In this document: positions 1 to 12,116 of the stretch, piece by piece
How the letters are laid out: each line of letters opens with the position of its first letter
Position numbering within the stretch: the first letter of the stretch is position 1
Assembly (NCBI GenBank): GCA_013115125.1
Contig: JABANN010000033.1
Location: 62,001 to 114,427, forward strand
Direction of reading: 5' to 3'
Length of the DNA stretch: 52,427 nucleotides
Source: Perkinsus olseni
Lineage: Eukaryota
Notes under the pieces: model-generated
The model's database searches: none
What the model was told of the DNA's origin: nothing
The model's input: only the letters and a program-made list of their open reading frames with translations
Program-made: the position numbers and the translations under genes

Positions 1-963
1 GCTTGCAAGGGTGACCCATCAATGTTGCCAGAGGCTTCAGTAGATGATGAACTTCCTCGCTTCGGGCGGATAGAGGGCTTGTCATATCCCATCATCACGT
101 AAGCATTGCCCGGCAGTGCAAACTCCTTCACCTCGTGCTCAGTGAGAACCTACCACCATCGAAGAGCACAGTGGAAGGAGATGGAGCCCCCTTATACGAG
201 AAGTAGCCCGACTAAGGCAGCAGAGGCAGCGCGAGCCATCGCTCCAGGAAGGTGAGCTAGCTGACCAGGCTTACTTCCCGAGAGCCGTCTCGATATTGGA
301 CGATGAGAAGGTCGCTATCTTCGTAGTGGTATATGACCTCCCCAATTTTCATTTGAAACCGAGGACTAATCCTACGGGTCATCAATTCACTTGCCATGGT
401 TCGCTTCTTCTTGATGAGGACGCCGATCAATGCGTTCCCAGTCAGGGATCTCAGAGACGGAAAGAGCCTCTCGTCAATATGGGATAGTCTAGCAGGCTCA
501 TTCATAGCAAAACGGTGAATTTTGGAGTCAAAACCTGACGTCAGTTGAAGCGAGCAGAGCCATCACAGAGAATGCATCAGCTTCTAGATCACAGTGAAGA
601 GCAGGCCTCCTAGTGAGCCTTACTTGCTGAGTACCGTCGCCCAGAAGTAGTGAGCTCGACGCGCTACCATTGTCTCACAGCGAGTGCACGCGAGCACACA
701 ATAAGAAAGACAGCGTGTCCGGCTGTCAATACGTCACCTGTAAGTCCTTCCCGGACTTGCGTCTGACCAGTCATGCAGGTAAACTCACTCGACCGGCAGA
801 CATTATGCGTGAAGGGGCTGGAATCATTTTCGAAACGGGTCTCGGTCGCGAGTTCACGCTTGTATTGCGCTATGGTGACGCCCGACTTGTCCAGCAAACG
901 GCAACTGAGCATCACCCGTTCCTTCTTTCGGCGAAATTCATAACGAAGCGTCAGAGAGAACAC
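1..963 (-). CDS. Hypothetical multi-exon protein; 3' end runs off the left edge and the start is not resolved
   Basis: Exon-like segments with GT-AG borders join in frame (e.g. RVELTTSGRRYSAS|FDSKIHRFAMNEPARL...YRDGSRE; VLTEHEVKEFALPGNAY). No recognisable family. Confidence 0.4.
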
Positions 964-2119
964 ATATTTGAAAAGTCGAGCTGATCCCCCCAGATAGGGG
1001 TCGCCTGCTCACAAAAAAGCTCCTAAAATACAGCGATTAGCAACCTGGGCTGCTGTTAGCATTGTGGAGCAGCTTTGGTGCGCAAAAGCTCGAAGATCAG
1101 AGCAGTGCAACCGCAAGGCCCGACAGCGGAGTAGAGAGCTAGCGGAGAAGGGCAGATAACCTTGGGTGGTCTCGGGAAAGCTGCCATGAGAGTAGCTCTC
1201 AGGAATGGTCTGAGTGCACCACCCTAAGTGTTACCTATTATTGACGTCCTAGATTCGACGACCGCGAACCCTGTGTAAGAGTGTTTCGAAGGGGAATGTC
1301 TATTGTACGCAGATTCGACGAGGAATCTCCCAAGCAGACCGGCACTTAGGACTGGCGGTTTTACTATATTCAACGGGTTAGTGGTCCCAGACCCCGGTAT
1401 GAGGCAGAATCCCATTAGACGGAATTTTTCTCAGCAATGGTTCAGGCTGACAGCGTCTGCTCTGTGAGGAACCAAACACGATGGGGTCACTACTGGTGTG
1501 GCTTCAGTTCGACTCGAGACAAAAAGTCAGTCAGTAAGTCAAAAGTAAAAGTAAGTGATTCCAGTGAGATGTGAACAACCAGTGTAACGTGAACAGTTCT
1601 GCTTACAGTGATTGGAGCCGATCTCGCGTAGGTAAGGTCAGTTGCGCACAAGGCTTATCTCAACGTGCGAGTGCACACCTCTACACGAATTCAGGCGTAA
1701 TCCGAATAAGCTGATATTATCAGATGCTAATCGCGGACCGACTCACGAATCATCGCTGAGAACTCCACAATGAATCGCCGTTGCTATATTGAAAAAACCA
1801 GGTTCCCGGTCAGGAAGAACAGGAGGTTTAGATCACGCCAGAGGCTCTCGTTACTCCGCATACGAGGGCCCAATGAGTTCTAGGGGAAGCGTTCACGAAG
1901 GTTCAGATATTGAGCCACGACTACCGGCATCGGCGGTTCTTCGAAGCGTCCTGCGGCGTGAACGGACTGTAAAAGGTGTGAACGTGCGATAGTAGAGAGG
2001 CTCTCATTTCCTCGGTCCCCGCACCCCCCTATGGATACGCAAAATCGCTAGAGATCATCATGAAAATATCATACATAAAATTCAGTCATAAACTCGCTGT
2101 GCTATAGCGAGTGATCCAG

Positions 2120-3199
2120 TTACTTGGCCTCAGTGTTGAGCTGTTGCTTCTGCTTCATCAGCAGCTTGTGCATCGAGCTCGTCGCACTCGTCAACGCACA
2201 CAGTACTTGAACCACCTTCAAAGCCTTCGGATGGTTACTTTTAAGATACATCGGCACATAGCCCAACGCCAATGTCGACTCCGTGAACTCGCAACAGATC
2301 TTCACCAGGGCCGATAGCTGCATAATCATTGCAACGAAGGCGGCCTTGACCTTTGGGTCGCTATCGGGATCGGAACTCTGGGACTTGGCTGCAACCCACT
2401 TGTCCCGGGCGACTTTAAACTTGGCGTAATATAGGACCCCAGCCACCTAAAAACAAATGTAGATACGGGACGGTACGTGCCATCACCTAAGACGCGTTAT
2501 TTTACGAATCACCATTGACTATCTCATCAAGCGAAATGATCCCGAGCGCAAGTCGAGATTCTCGTACGACTTAAGATTTCCCCGTGTAAGTGACGAGGAA
2601 TATGTGCGTGTATAATTGCTCGTAACGAAACATTATATACACCTCGGCACTCCCAGAGTACGACAATCCGTGCCTTCAAAAACCAAGATCGAGAAGTTGT
2701 GGGGTCGCTGACCCAAGATTAAGTCGCAGCACAGAAAGATCGAAGGCCCTAGGACAAAGGGGAAGGACCTTACCCCGCTCCACAACCACCACGCCTGATC
2801 CTCGAGCCGGTCAAGCCTCGGGATGTTAGCGAAGCCCAATGCCTTCAAGAACCTCCCCTTCTGTAGTGTGTTGACGTCCTCGACTAGTAGCTGGACGAAG
2901 TCCACCCACTCCTCAAATTTAACGTAGTTCGCGGGGAGATCGCCGACTGGTCCAACTTCCTCGTTCAAGTGTCGCGCACTCTGCAGGGACTTCCCGAATT
3001 TGATGTACTTCCTGGCCCTAGAGAGCACTCGAGCGAAGGCCATAAGGTCCTTCTCAGCGGGATGACCCGCCAAGGCCTGAAGCTTGCATAGCCCCCCTAG
3101 GATCTTGAAAGACTTATCCTTGAAGTCCGTCTCGTTAAGGAGCGCCAAGAACTGGTCCACACTCAGAGTTGGGACGAGAGTGGTTGAGGACTCAGCCAT
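2120..3199 (-). CDS. PEX11: Peroxisomal membrane protein PEX11 family (2 exons: 2774-3199, 2120-2446)
   Basis: FLALLNETDFKDKSFKIL and the amphipathic LSRARKYIKFGKSL motif match PEX11. A phase-0 GTAAGG...TAG intron (2447-2773) joins AWWLWSG to VAGVLYY; hydrophobic C-terminal segments follow. Confidence 0.8.
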
Positions 3200-3265
3200 G
3201 GTAATGATAGAATCCGTGAACTCCTGTGAGCGCTTGGCTACCGGGGTATCAGTGACACTTCCATC

Positions 3266-4060
3266 CTACACGGTGATGTCGAAGGGACAACTACAACGCA
3301 CGCTTGACTCGGCCGCGTCAGTGCCTTCGGAATCCGGGAGGACACCAGGGGAGTAACGCACTGAACGTCGAAGGCTCCAGTCGGCGATTGACATAGTTCT
3401 CCCTGTTTCCCCCAGCATTCCTTCACAAACTTGTTGACCTGCGACGTGTGGTATATACACAATTCGTGTGGCTAACTGGAGTGGTGCAGTGTCACCGCCT
3501 GACCCCGTGGACTTAACCGTTTGCGACCGGCAGAAAGGAGGGTTCACTCTGATGTGGTGTCAACGTTATCGTGCAGACGCAAGCAGATACAGAATTTCGA
3601 GACCTTATCATGATACGGTACTCACCTGTGTCTGCGTGCTCCTGTGCACGCAGACACAAGCTGCTGAGAAACTCCCGCCTTCTGAACACTTTGCTGCAGA
3701 GCTTCATCATCCGAGCCTTCTAAGCGTCCGGCTGCCGATCGGTACAGGCCATCGCCTGTACCTTCACACTTCCAGTGACTTGAATCCCTTAGCAGTCCTC
3801 ATATTTCTGCGCAGAATTTTGTATTCCGCCGTAGTCTCTGACCGTTGCGAGACTATCACACCCGTGATGAGACATCGTCCCAGCTAACAGCATCAACCCT
3901 CCCCGTCCGTGAGTATATGACATTCAAACGCTTCGGTATCCGCTTCGTCTCTACTACACATATCCGACCATCGCGGCGCACCATCCATGGAGACGGCGCG
4001 CGCCTGGGCTCCCCTTACTCTTGCAAACTCACTCTGAGTGAGTGAGCTTTCAACCTCCAT
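3266..4060 (-). CDS. Hypothetical protein, about 165 aa, 4 exons (3898-4060, 3770-3837, 3626-3719, 3266-3438)
   Basis: Three GT-AG introns (60, 50, 187 nt) join one open frame MEVESSLTQSEFAR...APRWSDM...TAEYKILRRNMRTAKGFKSLE|KARMMKLCSKVFRRREFL...CPFDITV*. No homology recognised. Confidence 0.5.
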
Positions 4061-4244
4061 GAGTTTTACACTTTGAGTTTTCAACCTGCATCTGACCAAC
4101 GTCCACTCGACCGAAAATGATGTGCAGTTAGACAGATCTCGAATCTAGGTATCGCGGGTCCTGAGTAACGCGAGTTCAGAGTGACATCGTCACAGCGCTG
4201 ACTATGGTGACGGCCTTCAGTTAGTTCATTTTTCTCCCCCAACC

Positions 4245-5212
4245 ATGTCGAGAGTACGGCTTATGAAGGAGCTCAGAGAGGCCAGTCAGCATCCCAACCC
4301 GGATATTGATCTAGAGATCATAGGAGGGTCCTTCGAGCACTGGGTCGCGGTCATACGCCCGCCCAAAACGGACAAGGCGTACGGAGGTAGTGGTAGTGAT
4401 GACGAGACCGTGAAGTGTACCGCCTAGGAAGCCGGCATAGTCCTCCCGCGCCTCTAGGGTTATTCTTGTTGATTCCCTTTAACGAGTCACTCCCCTATGC
4501 ATATGAAAGTTCATCGAAGTACCGAGTCGCGGGACCTTCATAAAATTCGTGAAGTATCAATTTGCCTGTGCGCTCGAATAAGGCCTGCCATACCGGAAGG
4601 AGTGGCTCATTAATCGGATAATCATTGCAACTCACCAAAGCATTCTGCCCTATGATGATCAGGCGGTAGTTTCGTCCTGCATCTGCAGTGTGGGCCCATG
4701 TACCCCATAGAGCCTCCCAAGGTCACCATGGTCACTAAGATATTCCACCCCAACGTCAAATACGACACGGGTGAAATATGTCTGGACATCCTCAAAAGAG
4801 ACGTAAGCCAGCTCAAGCCATTGGCGTGCAGAATACCTGTGCCGCTTGCCGGGCTTCCTCGGTCATGCGCCACCACACTGTCCCTTCATCATTCAGGGAT
4901 GGTCACCAGCATGGACGTTGACGTACGTTTGTATGGCCATCCTCTCATTGCTAGCGGAGCCTAACGCTGATAGCCCCCTCAACTGCGATGCTGGGAACCT
5001 TCTTCGTAATAGCACAGTGCCGTAAAGGCCCTCTATGACGCTCTTTCAGGCAATGGGGATCGGAGAGGTTTCAACTCCTTGGCCCACATGTAGGATACTC
5101 ATGCGGCTGATCGCGCGGACAGACAGGATTTCACAGGTACACGCTGGAGAACGCCACGAAGCAGGACGCTCAAGAGGATAGGCAGAAGCTTGTTGATGCC
5201 CTTTGCCGCTAA
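4245..5212 (+). CDS. PEX4: Peroxisomal ubiquitin-conjugating enzyme E2 (5 exons)
   Basis: UBC core IFHPNVKYDTGEICLDIL with catalytic Cys, then WSPAWTL...AEPNADSPLNCDAGNLLRNGDRRGFNSLAHMYT, the tail typical of plant/protist PEX4. Introns 4387-4662, 4803-4896, 5006-5049, 5090-5136. Confidence 0.88.
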
Positions 5213-5367
5213 AGGCAACTGCTGTTCAGTTTCTATCATTTTAATGCTGCACTATTGTTTCAACTAAAGACCTTTCCTGGATTTATGGTAGTGTTTACAG
5301 TGGGGTCATGAGCACTGGCACGACGCATTGCGAGAAGGGATAGCAGGCAACGCATCAGTTGATTGTG

Positions 5368-6659
<1,292 letters not shown>

Positions 6660-6862
6660 TCCGAAGGCCAACTCCCCCTAGCCGAATAAAGTCGTTAGAA
6701 CCGCCGTTCCCTCCTTCTGCTGTTGTTACTAGTCATATACCTGCAGATTTGCCAACGTTTCTTCCATCTCCCATTGGTCCCCTCGCGACAGCCTTCGTCT
6801 TTGTTAATGGGGTTGGTGACTCCTCCTCGCCACCCTTTTTCCCCGCCTTAGTAGAACTTTCA

Positions 6863-9800
6863 ATGCCGAGGCCGAAGGCAGGAGAAATATATCAACCTCA
6901 TCAGGGCTGGTGTATAAGAGCGTGCAAGACCGATAGGATGGTAATCACAGTCTGTTCGTGTCATCGTCCCGGACGATGGCAGCTTCATTGTCGATGTCCG
7001 TTCATTCAACGGACGATTCGTCCGTGAGTCTATCTTTGATGATACCGCGGAGGGCCCCGGGGACGCATTGAGCGTTTGATTGGTTATCGCCCTCAGGAAA
7101 CAGCCACGGACATCCGGTCGTCCGGGTCCCTGGCGTCGCTGGAAAGGCTTGCCAATCGCTCGGGCTTGCCTGGCGCCGCGGAGCCCTCCTCCTCCACAAC
7201 CTCCTCGCACTGGGAATCTCATCGGCTGCGACCCACGGTGACCCCGTCGACAGGAGCCGACCTTTCTTTTGATAGAGTGAGGCCTTGGGAATCTTTATGC
7301 TGCGCGACCGGGCCGCCGTCAGGACCGGCAAATCGCCTTGACCAGGCTGTGGGAGTGGATGTCAGAGCAGTTCTCGGGGATCATGCGCAAGCACACGAGG
7401 CCGGGCAGGAGAAGGGTCATCGAGTAGGCTGCTACTGGCCGGGGCCCGGTGTACTCTGCTGGATCGTCAGCATCCTCACAGCTGACGACGAGGCCTACAC
7501 TCTAGGGTATGCTAACAAGATCAAGACCATCGTGGGCACTGCAGGGGCCTCGTCCTCTGACAGGACATACGTGTTCGAGCAGCTCAGAATGGTGAGGGGA
7601 GCGACCATTGCAGCAAAGGCGCGCCTTGGCACCTGCAGGCACTCAGCGAGAAAGAGGTGACGCCCTACCAAGTCATTCTGCATCGATCGGACCTTCAGAG
7701 TGTTGAAGTCGCTGTAAGCTCGCTCCCATTGTCACGGCTGCATGCGTGTCTTGGCAGAGCAAGAGGATAATTAGTCGCTTGCTCTCGACGGAGAGCTCGG
7801 CAGCACCTTCAAGTGGCAGTCAAGGGACGCCAGGGGCCGGGGGGCTCGCTGCTGCTGCTGCTGCCGTTGCTGCCACCCCCATCAAGCCGCTTGCATCACA
7901 TTCGAGGACCCCTAGTAGGTCTAGAACGACCTCCGCCTCTCTTCTACCATACTCACTTCCAGATACCACAGCCCGACGCGAGAACAACGTTGATTACAGT
8001 GACGACTCGGACGATGGGTCGAGGCCAACCCGGTACCAGCGGGCTCGCCCCCTTCCCGGACTGCTGGTGGGAGCATGGTGACAGATACATTGGGAAGGGC
8101 CGAGGAGGCGGCGTGCCGCTGACGATGTCGGTCAGCGAGGCGGTCCTCGGACTACTATCGAAGGGCTTCAACGACCTCAGTATACTACGGGAGTGGTACA
8201 GAAGCACTGTGCATGTGTAGGCTGGGATGGGGGAACCTGGCCGTCGGTGAGTGTTGTTATCAGGCAAGACAACCCTCCCATCGTTATCATGATCGAAGAT
8301 GCTGACGCGTCGGACCTTCCTACCTTAGAGACCCTGATGGAGCTCATGGTCAACTTGGTAAGTATCCACGCACTGCAAGACACAGCTCGAGTGTCCAGGT
8401 CCGAGACGAGTACGACGGTAGGCCCGGCCGGACGGCCTCCTTCCCCATCACCATCATTCTGGGAGTCTCCGGTGTGAGTGCATCGGACGGCGGGGTGATG
8501 GACCTCATCAGCAAACTGGAGCAAGTGTTGTATGTCCACAACGTACCCCTTTTGGATAGTAAGCCATCATTGGTCTAACGCTTCCTCCCTGTGTGTGCGG
8601 TTACCGTGCAGTAGAGTACTGGGGGGGGGGCTGGTTTCCTCAGTAGTAGTCGGACCGAAGCAGTCCGACACCGACGCGACGGCTCCTCAGGCTCAGCGGT
8701 CTTCGAAGGCTTCCTGGACCTCCTCGAGATAAACATGCCGGCGCTCGGCTTCCCTCTAATTGCCTCCAAGCAGACCGTGGCGACCCTTCGGGACATGTTC
8801 GTCAACTCACGGATGTGCAATGAGGTGCTCTCCTCCTCCTCCGTCGGTGCTACTGCTCGCCGTCCTCTCGTCCCTCAGGATGTAATGCGGGCCATCTGCT
8901 TCGTCGTGAGGGACTACTTCGACGCCAACCCCTGGTCGGTCCTCTGCGACCCTCCGGTGGTGGTCGCTGCTGCCGGGGATGGTGAGCTCGAGACGACCTG
9001 ACTCAGTCACTGTAATCCTCGTCGTTCAGCCAAGAAGCTCTCGTCCGCATTTGCGTCGAGGCTGGCAGGGCTCAGCAAGAGGGCGAAGGGGAGTCTAGCG
9101 GCCCACTTGAAGAAGAGAGGGTGTAGGGGGTACACAAGAGGGGACGGGTCCCTCGACGAGGCCAAGGCTTGCAAACATCTCGGAGCCCTTCTCGCGTGAG
9201 GAAGAGACCGGAGCTTTCGCAGTGCTATTTTGGGTTCCAGGCAAAGGAGCAGAGTAGCGACCCTTGCCTTGTTCTGGGATGCTCTAGCGAGGACCACTGC
9301 GAAGAAGCAGACCGATAAGTGGGGCCCTCATCGCCGCCTACCTCTCATCGGATCCGTTGAGTTCTCAGGTCTACTCGTCTCGAGCCGCTGCTCTTCCCAG
9401 ACGATGAGACCAGCTTGGCCAACGACATCGAGCGGTTATGCATCGCCGTGGAGAAGCTGTCCGGTATGACCACGACAACATTCAGGAGCTGCTTGGAGAG
9501 GACGGCCACCTGGTACCACTCCATCCCCGACTTCCAGCCCACTCGGGCCGTCTTGATGTCAGGTTGGAGAAGTCGCTGCGGGGCCTACAGGCTGAGTGTC
9601 TCGACGGTCAGGCTGGGAACGAATTAGAAGACATCATCATCCACCTCAAGGAGCTTCAGAATAGAGTCGTGAGACCACTGCTGATGCTTCCCCTTTCTCC
9701 TCTGTGATGTACCCTGCCCCTCAGGTGCTCGGGCGCGGGTCAATTTCGCAAGCCTTCGCTGGTAGGGATAGACGGCCTCGACGAATCTGCTTTGCTATTG

Positions 9801-10902
9801 GCCTGTTCTCGCTATTGTAGCTCCGACCAAGCATGTGAGCGAGCTCATCGCGTTCATTCGGCGGACGTTTGAACCAGCTGCCGTTTCCGCAGAGTGAGTA
9901 GAGGCCATGCTCCTCTCGAGAGGCTCATTATTCTCGATAGTTTGTTGCCTCTGAGAGCGGCGGCGTGCGACTGGGACGAACCCAACCAGCTTGCCAAGTG
10001 AGTGCGGGGTTCTGTCAACCACACGACGATGCCCCCATCAGCGCATGTCTCAACGTCCTTGATGTGGATGTCTTCTTTGATGCATTGGGAGAGGCAGAGG
10101 CGGTCATCGACCCCAACGGTAGAGAGATGGCCATAGCGGAAGCCCCTAGGGAGTAAGTGTGCTCTTGCTGAAACCGCGCCGCCCACTAACGTCTCAGCTC
10201 GAAGGGTAAACTCTCTCCCAACTACAGCGAGAAGCTGAGCGACCTTACAATAGTGTGGGTGGAGGGATGCCCTCTCCCCATCACCACGGGTGCTGCTGCT
10301 GCAGGTACCGTCTCTACCTGAAGCACGCCCGTACGATCGACTTGGAAGATCTTTGGACTAGCTTTTGTGACCAGCTGAAGAGCAACGAGGATCCCTCCCC
10401 TACCCCGGAGGATATGAAGGTTCGGGATCTCCGCGGTTCGCTACTGTACTCTCCTCGTCAGGTTCGATTCGGTATGAGCCTTTGCGCTTTGGAATTCTTC
10501 GGTGTAGTTCAACCCCCTAGCCGAGGGTCTCTGATGAAGGGACAGGACCCCAGTCGCTTCTTCAAGTGAGAAATTCCTCCACTACTGCAGCGCCGTCGGA
10601 TGTGCCACCGTCCGGCAGGGGACTGCGCGTGAAGAAGCTCTACTTTCCCGACCCTCAAGCGAGCAGCAAGGAAGCTGTGACGGCCGATGTGGCAATGGAG
10701 GAAGGGGAAAAGGAGGATGGTGAGGACACAGGCAGCCTCATTGTTCGGTGTTGTCCGATAGAACGCTGGTTTGGTGTGTGAGATGTGGCCCTTGTCAGAG
10801 CCAAAACCCAGCACGAGCAAGAAGCGAAGTGCCGCGGCCAAGAAAGCGACGCCGAGGAGTACTGCTAAGCGAGGGAGAGGGTCGAAGATTCTCTACCTTT
10901 GA
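6863..10902 (+). CDS. ORC3: Origin recognition complex subunit 3 (many short introns; start uncertain, ATG 6863 or 6976)
   Basis: IKTIVGTAGASSSDRTYVFEQL, IVIMIEDADASDLPTLETLMEL and the C-terminal winged-helix YRLYLKHARTIDLEDLWTSF...RFGMSLCALEFFGVVQP match ORC3 motifs. Confidence 0.75.
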
Positions 10903-11049
10903 AACGCCTGCATGCAGAATCATCACTCATTTCCTAAGGATGCAGTGCTGAGCCTTCAGTCAGGGAGCGAATCAGGATTACTGGGCCCACTGGAGATCAT
11001 GAAATTTCTTGAGTAGAGAAAGAACTCATCCCCATCCGTCCACGCTTAC

Positions 11050-11962
11050 ATGTCGCATCGCCCACAGAAGAGACGACGCGGTGTGGAACTCAAACCGTTT
11101 GCGGCCACTAATGCCAGCGACTTTCGGGTAGCCTCTGAGTGAAACCAACTCCGGTTTCGTTTACTACGCGCGCAGTTGGCTGAGTCGCCTGTGAGCCACG
11201 CGTAGGTCAACACTCTCACGGTTGGCACGCCCGGGGGCCGAGCTACGATCCCTGGCTTCATCCAACCCAACAGGAACCATCACGGACAACGACAGGGCTC
11301 GAGTGTAACATCCCTCAGAGCCTCGACCGGCCACTCCTCTGCCGCGGATTACAAGCTCTGTACAGATTCCAACGGCACCTCGCCTGTGGCTGCCCGGGGC
11401 GCTGCGATGGCTCGGCCGCAGAGATGACCCTGGATTGATGTACGCTCGGAGACTGACAGTTCCCCGACTGAATGCTCTTCTCAGTATCGCCAGAAAGGTG
11501 GCCGCGCTTGCAGCCTCCACGGACGATGGGAGCTTCGACGCCCGCGGCGTCTTGCTGGCGATGGAGGGTGTGTCCAACTCTGCCCTTCTTAATCAGTGCT
11601 TCAATTTAGAGCTACTGTGTGATCCCCAATACGTCCAGCTCGAACCGACCCGCCAAGTCACGGTGAATAGACGAGAAACAGACAGCGAGCGAACAGTGCC
11701 CTCGTGGAACCTCGCTCGTCGTTTGGCTGTCGAGGCGGCCACTTCTGAAGCAGCTCAGGCCAGAGTCGGTACGTGAGGAACCGTTTACTGTGTGGAATTC
11801 GATGTGAGTGTTACAGACCGTTGCGGAAAGAAGACCGTTTTCAACTTCCCCAAGCTGCCCTCTTGGTGGCAAAGGTGCTCGGCTGGGGACCCACCGCAGC
11901 GGAGACGGAGGGCCGAGGAATCCTCACTCACCGGCGAGGGACGCCTCTTTAGAAATCGATAA
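11050..11962 (+). CDS. Hypothetical multi-exon protein with basic N-terminus (MSHRPQKRRR)
   Basis: A spliced open frame can be built (one GC-AG intron) through LDRPLLCRGLQALYRFQR|DDPGLMYARRLTVPRLNALL...FNFPKLPSWWQR|NR*. Confidence 0.45.
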
Positions 11963-12116
11963 TTGTTGTTCATGCCAACTGCTAGTAAATCACCTTGTGG
12001 TTTCTTATACCATTCAAAAGTTGAGTTGCTAAGTTCTTTGTCGTGGCCCCTAGAGTACGATGGTTCTACATCTTCCACTTGCACAAACACAACCCATCAA
12101 GAATCCTCAGGAAACG

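Noticed and set aside
1500-2000. AAGT/CAGT-rich low-complexity stretch and short ORF 1789-1992
   Set aside because: It could be a minus-strand pyrimidine tract or promoter sequence, but nothing specific can be supported.
4543-4554. AAATTCGTGAAG in PEX4 intron 1, similar to a U6 snRNA segment
   Set aside because: No ACAGAGA box or other U6 elements nearby; a chance 12-mer.
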